The notes below the pieces were generated by a model. It saw nothing but the letters and a program-made list of their open reading frames with translations. It did not search any database and was not told the origin of the DNA. A DNA stretch of 64,000 bases, taken from assembly GCF_009914755.1 (NCBI RefSeq), contig NC_060928.1. One strand, given 5' to 3'. The position numbers and the translations under genes were made by a program. This document shows, one piece after another, positions 34,090 through 50,309 of the stretch. The stretch is from the human T2T-CHM13v2.0 reference genome, Homo sapiens. The first letter of the stretch is position 1. Each line of letters opens with the position of its first letter.

Positions 34090-35330
34090 GGGTGAAGATG
34101 CTGAATTCACATGCCAGTTGTGGCCCATCATGCCAGGGTGTTCTTGGAAAAATAGTTGATGCAGAACAGAAGCCCATTTTGTAAACTAGTTATGAATGAG
34201 GAAAGGTTTACATGTCTGTAAAGAGTTGAATAGCTTAATGGAAAAATAAGGAAAGTAAAATGTCAATGATTAGTTTACCATTTAATTTGATCATCTTGGT
34301 GGTTTTGGCCCAGGCAGCTTTCTTTTCTTTCTACTTTAATTCATTAATCTAATGACAGTAGTGAACAACACTTTAGGGTAGATTATGTTGGCTTAGTACA
34401 TGGGAACATATGGTATAGGTACTTCCATTCCTCTTCTCAGCTTAACCCTGAGCCTGCACAGACAATGGTAATCTTTCCCATTTCACTTGCCAAACAGAGC
34501 TTCAGAATCCTCCTCAACATAGCACTTCAGATAACTATTTCCAGGGCTGGCATGTGTGATAAAGCCTATTTATTATCTCTGACTTAGAAATTAGATTTCT
34601 ATAATATTACATTTAATATTATATTTCCATAATATTTCTACTTTGAACCCAAGAAATGGAAATAGAAGCAGCTAAGCAATTCTTATACACTTCCTATTTG
34701 CCAAAATGAAAGAGGTTGATTTGAACAGTGTTGTGTAGTACAGTTTTGTTACTATATTATTATTATTATTTTATGTCATGTGCCTTTATGGAAAGCTTCC
34801 TAAAACATTTCCAGTGGAGAAACTGTTTTTATTTCCTTAGAAACTTAAGATCTTAGGAAGATATTGAGAGTCAGGCTGCTGAGACAGGGCTGGCCGCCCT
34901 TGAGGATCCCTGATTCCCTCCCTCCCAGAAATCCTTACCAGCTGAAAAAAGACAGGCTATAGGTAATAGTGGCAGCCAAAGTCAATTAGATCTATTGATC
35001 AGTGGCTCAAAACTGGTGAAAGCTGTTCTTCCTGAAACCAGAATCACTTTTCATTTGAAAGATCGTGGTCCTTGACGCCAGTCAGTCCTACTTTCAAATC
35101 CTGGCTTCACCAGTTGTGTGATAACTGACCAGACGTTCTTTATGTTCTTGTTTTATAAAACAGTAGTGGTAATAACTACTTCATAGTATTTTTATGAGGA
35201 TTCAATGTCACATATAAATATACATACGTATGTATGCAATATGTCTATGTATGTAATATGTATATTATACCAATAATATACATGTGTATATATGTGTATG
35301 TAATAATTGCTCAGTAAATAGTAGCTATGA

Positions 35331-35643
<313 letters not shown>

Positions 35644-36649
35644 GGCATATAACTTTTGTAATGACATTTTAAAATGTGGCTTGGGAGATTTTTGTGTTTG
35701 ATTTTTAAAAAGCAGTGTCTCTATGGATATCATATTTTGAAAGGTACCCTTTCTAACTTGTTTGCGCATTAGTAGTGGTCATATACTGAAATGCATGCAA
35801 AGGAAGAAATCCAGTGCATGATAAATTGCTTTACAAATTCCATGCAGGGGTGTACATTGATGACCTCTCTGAGAAACAGGTCATATAGGATGTGTCTGGA
35901 GCACAGGAAAGGTCTGAGGATGGATGTCTGAGAGCCTCTGTTCTACCCTTTGAGTGCTGAGCATGGTGCTAAGGAATCTCAGATGTGTTATCTGATATAT
36001 CCCCCTGACATTCCTCTAGGATTGATTTTGTTATTTTTGTTCTTTTTAAGAAAAAGAAAATGGAGGCTTGGTCAAGATACTTACCTTGCTTATGGTTCTG
36101 GAATTGTTAAGTTAGGGAACTACATTTGAACTCAGAGTTACCTGAGTTTGCAATCCATCTCAAGATTATGGACCATGTGGGCTAATCTCTAAGTTTCATG
36201 GAGGAGGAACCAGAGGCCCAGGGAGGCGGTTTGTCTGGTTTACCCAGCTTGGTAAAGGCCAAGTCTGGGCCAGAATCCAGGTTCTGACTCCCAGTCCACG
36301 GCTCTTTTTCTATAGTATGTTCCCTCTCTAATTATTTATTTTGCTTTGTTCCCTAATTGTTTCAGAAGTCTTGCTTCTTTAACTATATTTCCAGCTCAAG
36401 AGCAGATGTAAAGGACCAGGCTGTAGTCTTCCGTATCTGGGTTAGACTGTATTCATCTATATCTTCCACATTGCTTACCATGTGATAGATCCTCAGTAAA
36501 TTCTTGATGCCTTGAATTCTTCAAGAATTTACAGTCTAAAATTCTATTTTGAATGAGGCATAAATATATATAAATACACATATTGGGATTTATTCTTTAA
36601 GACATTCAGTTCATACTTGATAATAATGGCTCTCAATGTTATTGGATCC

Positions 36650-37850
36650 ACTGCTTTGCCTTTATCCAGTCTGACAATTTTTATCTTTTAACATGTTCCT
36701 GCATTATAATTATTGATTAGGTTTATATCTACCTTACTATTTGCTTTCTATTTGTTACTCCCATTCTGTATATTTTTCCCCTTCTTTTTGTCTTTGAATC
36801 AATCCATTATGTTTTAAATATTTCAGTTCATTATTCTTAGTTTGTTAGTTAAACACACTTTTACTATTCCTTTAGTGGTTACCCTAGATATTACAATGTG
36901 TTAATCATTGTGTTAAACATTGTATTTACCTCTTCTCAGCCATTACTATAACCTTTGAATTCTCCGTTTTTTCATCCATCTCCTATCTTGCATGTTTTTG
37001 TGCATTTTGTATTTACACATGTGTTAAATCCCACCAGATGTTATTATTTTTGTTTTATATAGTTATTATTTAGATCTACCTATATATTTACCCTATTATT
37101 CTAAATTTCTTCCTACATTACTGTGTTTCTATTTAGAGTCATTTTCTTATTGCCTGGAGAACTTCCTTTAGTATTGTTTTAGTTTGGATCTGAAGGTGAC
37201 AAATTCTCACTAGTTTTATTAATTTAAAACATTTTTATTTCATTTTCATTCTTGAAAGGTATTTTTGCTGGGTATAGAATTCTTAGTGACTGTTTTCATT
37301 CAGCAATTTAAAGATTTGTCTTCTGAGTTCCATCTTTTTTTTTTTAATGTGTGGAGAAGTTAGCTATCAGTTTTGGCATTTTTATTTGAAAATAATTTCC
37401 TACCCCTCTGTGGCTTAAAAGAGTTTTCTCTTTGCTGTTCATTTTTAGCAGTCTTATTCTGAAGTGCTTAGGTGTTGTTTTCTTTATTATTCTGATCAAT
37501 ATTCATAGCAATTCTTGAATTTGTGGCTTGGTATTTTTCTTCAGTTTTGGAAAATTCTTGGCCATATTTTAAAAAAATTTTGTTTCCGCCCATTTCTGTC
37601 ATTTTGTCTTTAGAACTCAATCACCCATTTGTTGAACTTTGTAATATGTTCCATGTGTCACTAATGCTCTTTTCTGTGTTTTTTATCCTTTTGGTTTTTT
37701 CTGCTTCAGTTTAGATATTTTGTATTGACTTATATTCTTGTTTTCTTTAGGTATAGCCAGTCTGCCGTTAAGCAAAATTAATTTTATTTGTTTGACTTTT
37801 TGTGTTCTAGGATTTCCATTTAATTGCGTTTGTAGATACTGGTTATCTGT
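36650..37850 (-). mobile_element. Ancient L1M fragment (degraded)
   Basis: T-rich; ggtgacaaattctc...cattcttgaaaggtatttttgctgggtatagaattc...cagttttggaaaattcttggccat. Confidence 0.65.
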
Positions 37851-40800
37851 GGAAATATTAGTAGTTATTTAACATGTTTCAAGATATGTATCTATTGTCT
37901 TTCATTATCTTCATTAATTTCTGAATAAAATACAGTACAGCCTTTCCTTGACTAGTTAAGTCCCTGGATAATTCAGTGTATATTATTACATCATGATAAA
38001 GTACTTTGGGTTTATGTGTAAAATAGAGTTAGGATATATAATCAGATTTTTCACTGACATGAATGTCTGGACATTTGAAAGTCATGTGAAAGTGGGACAC
38101 TTTTTCTTGGTGCAGTTATGTCTCACTCATTATATGACATCTAGAATTTAGGACCCCTATTCATTAAATGCTAGAATCACCTCTAAACCAGCAGCCTTCA
38201 AAGCAAATTTTTAAATGCCTCTTGAGATGGTATGGCCTCATGTAGGAGACCTGGTTAACATCATGAGGCTGAGTCACTGGCAATGAAACCTTGAACTCAG
38301 GGCCTCTGCCAGGTTTAGAAACACACTTAGTAGGATGTGGCTTTACCTAATTGAATGTGAGTGTTAGTACAACTCAGCCATTTAGTGGATGGCCAGTTTA
38401 AATGGCCAAGGGGCTGGCTAGAGGAAGAGTTAGGGATTGAGAACATGCAGCAGAGCTTTAAAAGATATGACACAGCTGTGGCATGCCAGATCACAATAGA
38501 ATTGGCCTGGCATTCAGTCAGAAGTAGAGAAGCACTTTTAGAGCAAAGGTCTTGACTGATGTATTAATCTAGAAGGCAAGATCTCAAACAGCATAGATTG
38601 AAGGTGGCTACTGCAGCAGCAAGGATTTTCAAGGGCAGCATGTTGAACTTAATGCTGTCATCCGTGTATCCAACTTTTCAGCAATGACATCATAAAATAG
38701 TTAGCAATTCTCCAAATTTGAGAATATATGCCCATCTATCCATCCATCAACTCATTCAAAAACATTAAGTGCCTGCTATGTTTTAGTCACTACAAGAATA
38801 CAAGGCTACCTATATATAAAGAAATTGTCCCTACTCTTGGGAAGGGAGAGAGAAAAGTCAAAAACTAATTATAAAATGAATGATAATGATCTAGTGGAGG
38901 AAGTTGACAAGAAAATAAATAATTTTAATATGAGAGATAATGGTGTAGCTATAATTTAATTTCATGTGCAAACATTTTGAATGTTTACTTTTTTCCCCCA
39001 TTTCCCTTAGGAATATGAAATGAAGTCTCTGGGAGCTGAATTAATAGAGAAAGAAAGAAATTATAAGCTTAAGCTACAGTAAAGTCTCCCTAATATCTGG
39101 ATTACTTAAAGTGGAAAGATGAGGCACATGTTTTACTCATAATGGAATTTCTGTGGTTAACATCTCTAGGAATTTATAATGGTTAATCTATCATAGGGGT
39201 TCTCTTAGATCAGGCTCTCACTATTACAGGATTATGTTAGAACAAGTGGAAAACTGGGTGTAAACAACAGACAGTTACAGAACTCAGCCTGTATTTCTAT
39301 TGCTTCAGAATTTGGAATGAAGAGGAGCACATTTTCTGGGTATTTTATTTTATTCTATATTTTGAAGATATCCTATTTTGTGTGTGTATGTGTGTGTACT
39401 ACTCTAGAAGTATAGTTTCTATAGCACTCAGTAGTGGAATATGTACAAACATTTAAGCAATGGAAAAGTTATCTTCTTCTTATCTTGGAAGCTGGAAATT
39501 CCAGCAGGGATTTTCTATAGCTCTAAATGCTACACCTACTCCCTCTGTCACCGAAAATATCGTGATCAACAGGCTTAGATTGTGGCAAGTGTCCGAGCTC
39601 ATAGCTAACATTTATCGAGTACTTTCTAAGGACAAGTCACTGTGGTAATACAAGTACATTAACTTATTTCATCTTTACTGTCACCTGATTGAGTCCAATC
39701 TTATCCTTAGTTTGCATATTAGGAAACAGAGACTCAGAAAAGCTAAGAGATTTGTGCGGAGTCCTAAAGCTAAGAAGTAAATGAACTTGTGTTTGAACTC
39801 AAGTTTGCCTATTGTACCATTTTAGCATTGCTACCTGACTTAGTGTGGTATATGACCTATGTTCATAAACCAAGCCTGTGGGTATGGAGGTGGGTTTGGT
39901 GGGAAAAACATAAGCTTTGAAATCAGATGGACACTGGTTGAAATATAGGCATTAATACCATCAGTTACAAACTTTGGGACATTACTTAACCTCTCTGAAC
40001 TTTGGTTTCCTTATCTGTAAAATGGAGATGATAAAATCTATCTCAAAGGTTTTAGGAAGAAATAAAAAGGTGAAAATGCCAAAGAATTTGGGACCCAGAG
40101 GTGCCCTCTTTGTCCTTGTTTTTTTTTTTTTTTTCTTTGTAAAACAAAACTTAGAGGACTAAGCCTGGCTTTGTGGAAGCAGGTGGAGCTTTGAGACATG
40201 AGGTAGTGGAATATTTACTTGGTTAAGGAGGCAGAAAAGGCTAATCTGAGGAAGTGATATTTCAGCTGAGACCTGGAGGATGTGTGGAAGTTAGATTAAG
40301 AAGGGTGGGAGTATGCTGTTGCAGGCATGCAAACATATTGGGCAAGTAAGTCCCTTAAGCTTCACAGTCCCTTTATCTGTAAATGTAGGCAGCACTGCCC
40401 TAGTGTGTCCTGCCTGGGTAGTCTGTTAAAGTCAGAGAGTAGAAGTAAGAGAGATTTGAAATGGTAAGACTGCTGTACAATATAAGGCATTGTTATTGAT
40501 ATTATATGATAACAGCACAGAATAAAAAAAAAAAAAGTCAGGGTTTGAATCCCAGATCTAGCCGCTCCTATTAGCTCCTAATAGCTGAGCTCTGGACAAT
40601 TCACTCTGCCTTTTCACACCTTATTCCCTCATTTATAAAATCAGAGTCATGATGTCAGTTTCACAGGACGCTGTGAGAAGTTGTACCATCATGAGTATGT
40701 GGAGGACCTGGGAAGCACTTGGAGGCAGCTTGTCCCTTTCTTTCCGTCTCCCTACCTCCACCCTTGGCACCACACTATTCTAAGACTTCTGTACCAAAGC

Positions 40801-41691
40801 ATGATGCTAACTTACTATGTTGTTGAGGGTCTCTTGCACAAAGACATTTTTAAGCTATAATTAGCAGCAATCTTTTCATCTGTGATTCATGCTGTTGTTT
40901 CTGTATACAAGTTGATACTCTTATAGCTATGTCTTCAGGTTTATCATTTTAAGACAGCTGGAGGAGGAGATCAGGTACAAGCTAATCATGCCAGGATGCT
41001 GAAATGGGAAACTGCTTAGGTTTTTGATGTGTAAAACAAGAAACTCCTTAAGGGGGTATTATATGAAACAAGCCTTTGAAATAGGTCTCAAACAGGAAGT
41101 GGATCACAATTTTGTTTTTTAATTAACCTGTATTTGCTCCTCCTGAAAGGAGATAATTTAATGTAAATACAAAGTCTCACATCTTTTCTTAGCGGTAAGT
41201 GTCCTCTGCTCCTTTTTATTTGGGACAGGATGAGGAGCTTTACATGAACTTTAAATTGAGAACCAATAGAAAAGGTATTGTTTATCTAAGCTGTCTGAAG
41301 AAGGGCACTTGGGGAAAGAATTGCACTCTAAAATAACCTTATGAAAGTTATTGATTCGTTTCTTCATGGTTTCCTGACAAACAAGGACCATTATTTCTGT
41401 GTCCGAATGGGAGCTGGGTCAAAGAATCCTTTTTTATAGATTATCTTTCCTGAAAACCAGACTTGTCAGGAAAATGAACCTCCAGAAATGAAGACATGAG
41501 ACTTAATTGAATATTGCGTCCTGTTCGCTGCTTTGAAGGGCAAGTAGGAAACACTGTTAATTTTTAAAAATTTTACTGAGTACAAGAAGGTTTGGGGATA
41601 GCTCAGGAAATTTAGATAAATTGCTACTGTTATGTATTTGCTAAGTGCTTTTTATTTAAATTCCCTCCCCCATGACATTTCAACTCTGTAG

Positions 41692-42066
<375 letters not shown>

Positions 42067-42992
42067 ACCTTATATTTTAAAAGTAACTTCAAAAGATCAC
42101 ATAAATTATATATATATATAAATTATATATCTTTGTTGTTGAAAAACGGAAAATACAGATAAGGATAAAGGAAAACAAAAAATCATCTGGAACTCACACA
42201 CAGAATTATCTACCCCTCACTTACTGGTTTATATAATTCCACAGTTTGTTTCTATGCACATAGATATATTTTTATTACAAAAATATTATATCTACATACT
42301 GTTTTGTAACTTGAAAACACAGCTTTTGGGGAGCTTTATTCTTTCTTTCTCACTTTTGGTCTAAGAAGCCAAGGGAATTTAAAATGAGATGAATTAATCA
42401 ATAATTAAAGTAGGGTTATTACACCATTTAGATGAAAGAAAATTTATGTTGACAGTTGATATACTGCTCTTTAGAATTCTATAAATAATCCCCCCCAGAA
42501 ATTTGAGCACTTATTAAAGATATATTTATTGTTTATTATTAGCATTAATCAAATATTCAGTAAATACTTTCCCAAGTGAAACAAGTTGTTTTTTTTTTAA
42601 AGCACCTTGCTATTACTTTGAAGTATTTGGGGATGGAGGCATTATATTATTTGCAAGAACATTTTATTCATATATTATTAAAAATATTAAAAGCTGTTTA
42701 CAAAGATATTTTGATTGCTTTTTAGGCTTGTCATAATCTAATCCTTTAATCTATTTTCTAGTGAAAAGCTATTTTAAGAGTATTTCTTTTGCTGAATGTG
42801 TTAGATTGGAAAGGAGGATTTTAAAGTGTCGGAATTGCAATAGCAACATGGAAAATCTGTAAAACTTAGTTTACAATGTTATTACTTTGGATTTTATGGC
42901 TTTATCCAAAGTTCTAGCTATTGAAGAACTCTAGCTTCCCTGCTTTCATAAAGCAACTTTATGTGACCATATAATTGATTTGTAAAGATTAA

Positions 42993-43396
<404 letters not shown>

Positions 43397-44399
43397 GGTA
43401 CAAGGAAGATTTTTGATAGGTCCAATACCTAGATGAAGAAAATTTTTCTGTAAACATAGTTTGACATTAATGTAGTAATGACATTCAACATTATAAAGAT
43501 TTTGTAGTGACATCATTTAAACATTGTTTTCTCAAGCTCTCACAACCTATCTGGAGTATCTCAATTCTTATGAATAGATATTTTTGTGTGGGTAAACAAA
43601 CTCAGGGTTGATTATTAATTAATTCAGTCAACATACAGAAACTGTGCTAAGTGAATTTTGAGATATACAAAGAGGAATCAAATGAGATCTCCTTGTTTGA
43701 AGAGTCATAGTCTGCTGGGAAGACAGATAGGTAAACATATCAGGAAGGCTTCCTAAGCCCAGATACATTTAAACTTTGAATTAACATAAAGAAAAACTAT
43801 GGTTTTGTGAATGAAAGAATGAAAGTGAATAACCTACTCCATGTTCTTAGAAGATACTGTTTACAGTTTAGTAAGCCAAGTCCAGCGACTGAGGGCTGCT
43901 TAAAAGTATAATGGACTGCTTTCAAGTTTGGAGGTCACTGTCAAAATAATTGAAGTGCAGAGAAGAACTCACCTCAAGAAGTAAGAATGTTGCATCTGGA
44001 GAGAATAAATATGGCTGGCACTTAGAGTCATACCAAGCTTAAGGGAGCACATAAAAGCTGGCGTGGCCAACCAATGTCTGGCTCAAAGACATGGCCCATG
44101 ATTATACCAGCTTAGTGAGATAGAGACTTTTTGAATTTCCCAAGTTGTCTTGAAAACTCAACCTATAGTTTCATTTCTCCCTTATTCAACAATGTTCTGG
44201 ATCCTCTAAATGCTAGGGTCCTAATTAAGTAATAATTTCACTCTGCTAGGTTTTACTTGTGTAGACTGGAATGAGAAGATGGGAAAGTCAAAGTACTTAT
44301 AGGACTGTTTTCCCTTTGAGAAAATGAAATAGTTAGAAGACATTTGCTGAATGCCTGTGACATAATATAAAACATTCGGATTAAAAATAAATTACATTT

Positions 44400-44770
44400 A
44401 ATGGTCCCTTAATAAGTGCCAGACACTGTTCACATATCTTTAAATACAGCATCTCCTTTGATGCTTTCAATAAACTTATTGAATAAGTACTTTCTCATTT
44501 CTATTTTACAGATGAAGAAACTGGGCATAGACATGTTAACTCAATAACAAACTCAGTTAATAAATGGTGTCACCAGGATTCAAACCTAGTCAGTCTGTCT
44601 CCAGAGCCTGAGTCCTTAGGTCTCCTAACAACTCTGTGAACTTGGGCAACTGGTTCAATCTCACTCATCCTGTTTTCTCATCTGTAAAATCGAAATCATA
44701 ATAATAGTGCCAGTTTCATAGGGTTGACATGTATGTAAGGGCTTTGTGTAGCATTGACTACAGATACTTT
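44400..44770. mobile_element. Two adjacent MIR fragments in opposite orientation
   Basis: attttacagatgaagaaactg...ccaggattcaaaccta (minus), then tgtgaacttgggcaa...ctcatctgtaaaat (plus). Confidence 0.65.
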
Positions 44771-44963
44771 CTCCAGCCTTGCAGGAAGATGGCAGAGGTG
44801 GGAAAAGCCACCCTCCCTCTATTCCACAATTGTCCCTGTGGTCAGCACTTCCTGCTCCCAGAGTGGGGAGCGTAAGTAAGTGATCAATAAATAGTAGCTG
44901 CTGGCTTTGTGAAGCAGTCATTTTTATTTAATCTGTATCCTGAAACCAAGATTGTTTTCTTGA

Positions 44964-45336
<373 letters not shown>

Positions 45337-45691
45337 TTTTCCTCACCTTCTTGTCATTGCTCTTTGGGTTAGGAGTAGACTGTAATAGTTACACTATTGC
45401 CAATTTTGAGTAATGTGCTATAGCAATAAAAAGAAAGAAATTCAGAGGTATTCTAAGCAAAGTTCTGGTGCTCTTCTGCTTTGATTCAGTATTTTTGTAA
45501 ATCAGACACTGGGAATGTAATCTCACCTCAGATAGACTTTATATTTCCTAAATGACTTTGGAGAGGCCACAGAGTTTGAAGCACATTCCCTGAGAGGTTA
45601 TGAATTTAGCATTTCTTGACTTTAAAGGGTGATTTTATTTTTTGCTTGGAAATGTTGTGTATATATCCATGTAAATCTACACCAATGTTGG

Positions 45692-46119
45692 TATATTAGT
45701 CTAGGTTCTCCAGAGAATCAACAATATATTCATATACGTCCTATTGGATATCTCTCTAAGACAGAGGCAGAGAGATTTATTTTAAGGGATTGGCTCATGC
45801 GATCATTGCGACTGGCAAGTTCAAACTGTATTATAGAGCAGGTCAGCAGTCTGGGAACTTGGGCAGAAATGCTATATTTTAGTCTTGAGGCTGAATTCCC
45901 TTTTTTTCCAGGAAACCTCAGTTTTTGTGGTTAAGGTCACTAACTGATTGGATGAGTCCACCCATATTACAGAGGGTCATCTCCTTTGCTTAAAAGTCAA
46001 CTGATTGTTCATGGTACTCTCCTCTACAAAGTACCTCCACAGCGACATTGAGACTAGTGTTTGACCAAACAAGTGGGCACCATAGCCTAGCTAAGCTGGC
46101 ACATGAAATTAACCATCAC
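45692..46119 (-). mobile_element. MLT2-type ERVL solo LTR
   Basis: tattagtctaggttctccagagaa...gagatttattttaagggattggctcatgcgat...gactagtgtttgaccaaac...gaaattaaccatcaca. Confidence 0.8.
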
Positions 46120-46478
46120 ATTTGGTTTCTGCCATTTTGTGTGAAAATGTCCATTGCTAGCATCCACCAGTTTCCTAGCTCATCTCAGCTCTAATTGGAT
46201 GTTGGTGTTCTAAGGACTCTGTCAGGAGCTTGGAAACTTATCTTACTCTTCCCTAAAGTATTTTAGTAGGACTCCAACTACTTGTTGACTAAGGAAAACA
46301 GGGTGAGAAAGTTTAGAAAGGAGGGAACAGGCCTTCATTAAGCAACTTAGGAACTATGAACTCTTGCTTCCTAAGGATCTATAGTGTGCCAGGCCAAGGA
46401 TAGTTCCCACTTCAGGCACCCACAGTCTGGTCCAGCAAGGCTAACAGGAATATAAATGAGTGCAATAAAGTGTGACAG

Positions 46479-46846
<368 letters not shown>

Positions 46847-47139
46847 TTAAAGGTTAGGAATGATTCATCTCTGAGGTGCTGAGACTTAGAAGAAGCTTCT
46901 TGGTTGCAAATGCTTCTCAGGAAAAGTCAGAGAAGAGTAGAAATCCAGGGGAGAATGAGATATGAGAACAGGAAAGAGGAGGCTGGGGTTGTCCAATAGT
47001 GTTGACCAAGTTGTCAAGGCCAGGGAGATAGGTGAGGATCAGATTATGGGGTCTGCATTTTATCTCATTGGAGATAAAGATGAGCCATGAAATAGTTGCA
47101 TTTATTTATTTATTTATTTATTTATTTTTTGGCTTTGAG

Positions 47140-47260
47140 GTTTTTTTAAAATTTTTTATTTCAATAGATTTTTTGGGAACAGGTGGTGTTTACATGGAGA
47201 AATACTTTAGTGATGATTTCTGAGATTTTGGTGCACCCATCACCTGAGCAGTGTACACTT
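47140..47260 (-). mobile_element. L1PB-like extreme 3' end fragment
   Basis: tttatttcaatag...gggaacaggtggtgttt...gatttctgagattttggtgcacccatcacc. Confidence 0.7.
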
Positions 47261-48325
47261 TTAAACCAGAGAATAACATGGACAGCACTCTTCAAAAAGA
47301 TTTAGTGTTTGAAATTTAGCCGAACAGTATGGCTGCTTTCAACTCTAATAGGAATTTGGGCTAGGAAATCTCTGGGAAAATGAATCTCAGTACAGCCCAT
47401 GGGATCTTTAGTGTTTCAATCTGAAGTCATGAGAGCAGCCTTTCAATGGACAGAAACAGGTATCTGTGGAAGCTATGAGATAGTTGGTTTCAAAGTTACT
47501 TCAAAATGGGCACAACTGAAATGTGGATTCAGCATGAGGAAAGGTGAGAAATAGGGAAGGAATTTCTGAGACCCTTAACTGAGCCAGGGTTCACTTTTCT
47601 GTTTGTGACCATTGTTTTCCTTTCCAATTTGTGGAGTAATAACATAGTAACATTAAGTTATGTTTATTTAATTCTCTCATGTTCATGACCCCAAATAATT
47701 TGTGAGATCCTTATGGATACTGCCCACACTTATGCTTCATTTATACCTCAATATGCCCAGCACCCAGCCAGGCACAAAATAGTCACTCATACATATGTTG
47801 GTGCATCTGTCTTTAAAAATCCAACTACTTACTCAAATCCTTGTTTCTGATGAATGTTAGACGATGAAGTAGCAAAGAGCTGAAAAATGAAGCCTGTGGT
47901 GCTTATAGTATCTAGTGGCGAATACTGCTTTTAGGATGCTGGTTAGTGCTAGTCAAAAGTGTCATTTTCCTTTAAACGTGCTCCAGTGGTTTCTGCTAGT
48001 TAACAGCAAAGCGAAACTTCAAGTCAGGGAGCAACTTGTCCTCCTGTGGTTTCAGGCCAATCGATGATTTTTACTCTGGGTATTGACAGCTCTCTGCCGC
48101 ATCCCCTTGTCTTTGGCTACGTGGATTGACTATTGTGAAATGGATTATACTGATTATATTGCCTTGTGGGGTTTAATCAGTGCCCAGCAAGTACTGTGTG
48201 TGGTGTGCCTGTGACTTTTCTTTGTCTTGTAATTGTCCAGGATGTGGGACTATTGATGGTGCAGCTTTTGTGTGCTCATACCTTGACTGATCAGTTTTTA
48301 AATCAGAGCTTATGCCTCTTTACAG

Positions 48326-48433
48326 GATGCCACAATTTGGAAGCCCGATTCATGCCAGAGCTGCCGTTGCCATGGTGATATTGTTATCTGCAAACCTGCT
48401 GTTTGCAGAAACCCTCAATGTGCCTTTGAGAAG
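48326..48433 (+). CDS. FRAS1: FRAS1 coding exon (exon 3 by recalled structure), 108 nt, phase 0-0; part of VWC domain 1
   Basis: Acceptor ctctttacag|GAT and donor AAG|gtacgg. Translates DATIWKPDSCQSCRCHGDIVICKPAVCRNPQCAFEK (WxPxxCxxCxC VWC motif), which I recognise as the FRAS1 N-terminus. Too short for the ORF track. Confidence 0.96.
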
Positions 48434-49178
48434 GTACGGTATCCTAATTGTGTCCTAAATGTATTGGTAAAGTCAGTGAAGGGTCAGGTTTTTGGATCAT
48501 TTCATACATCTGTTTTTGACATTTATTCTAATCTCTACCTGGGAGCTTAATGAAATGCAGAAGAGAATTTTAACGTATTGCATCTAAGAATATCCTATTT
48601 TCCAGAATTTTAACATATCATATCAAAGAACATCCCAATTTCCATTTATTGGGCATTTACTCTGGACCAGGGACTTGGCTTAAGGTCTTAATAATGTTAT
48701 CCCATTTAATATTATGTGGGGTAGGTATCTTTATCCCCACTTTATAGATGAGGAATGTGAAGCCTGGAGATTTTAAGCAACTTAACCATGATCATGCAAT
48801 TAATAAACTGCTGCCCAGAGATTTTACCTGAAGTCTGACTGATGCCAAAGCTACTGACATTAACTTCAACATGCATGAACCATCGAATGGATTGAAAGTC
48901 AGAACTGACTTATTGAAAAAGATTTTCTAAAAATATCATTTGGGTCTGCCACTGATTGTATTATTGTGCTACTATTGGGCTCCCTAGGAACATAAGCAAG
49001 TCTTTGACTCAATAAATCTCCTTGTATTTGACCAAGTCTATGATTGGTATTTCCTCCCTTCCCTTCTGTTAAAAATTTTCAGTTTTCTTCTGACTACACA
49101 TCTATTCTGTTAGAATAATACTTTTTCTAGTTGCTGACTCTTTTCTTTTTAAAGTGAATCTATTTTTTAAAAAAGCTA

Positions 49179-49574
<396 letters not shown>

Positions 49575-49997
49575 TTAAAAAGTTTATTTTTCTAGTTTTT
49601 GGCTTCCTCCAATAATTAATCTTGAGTCTTTATGCCATCTAATGCTAATAAGGTTCTGTTTGTACCAGACACTGAAGTGAAGGTATGCCTTTAAGAGTAT
49701 TCCTTCATTTCTGCATGAGTGTATTCCTGAGAAGCTGGGAGTACTTTAAGTATTGGCAAATTTGATAAGATTTTTATTGTATATTATGGAGCTTTATGTT
49801 TATAGGGTAAATATTCCTAAAAAAATCATTATTTGGCTTGCTAAGCAAGTCATGTCAGAATCTGAGCTGGTGGCAAAAACGCCATGAAAAATGCCCTTCC
49901 CCACTTCATGTGAAGAATTGTGTTATCATGGAAGAAGCCCTGAATCACATGTTAGAAGACATAGATTGCATTGCTGAAATCTAAACATGCTCTATAT

Positions 49998-50300
49998 CAG
50001 GGGTTAGCAGACTAAATCTGGCCCACTGCCTGTTTTTGTGCAGCTTATGATCTAAGAGTGGCTTTTACATTTTGAAATGATTGAAAAAATAAAAAATAGT
50101 ATTTTATAATGTGAAAATTATGTGAAATCAAATTTCACCATTGATAAATAAAATTTTATGGAAACACGGGCTCACTTATTTGTTTATGTATAGACCTTGG
50201 CTGCAACAATAGCATTGTATAGTTGCCATGTAGACCATGTGTGACTCTCAAAAGCTAAATATTTACTATCTGGCCCTTCACAGAAAAAGTCTCCCATCTT
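49998..50300 (+). mobile_element. MER58-like hAT-Charlie element
   Basis: caggggttagcagact...ctggcccactgcctgtttttgt...atttactatctggcccttcacagaaaaagt. Confidence 0.8.
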
Positions 50301-50309
50301 TGTTATATG

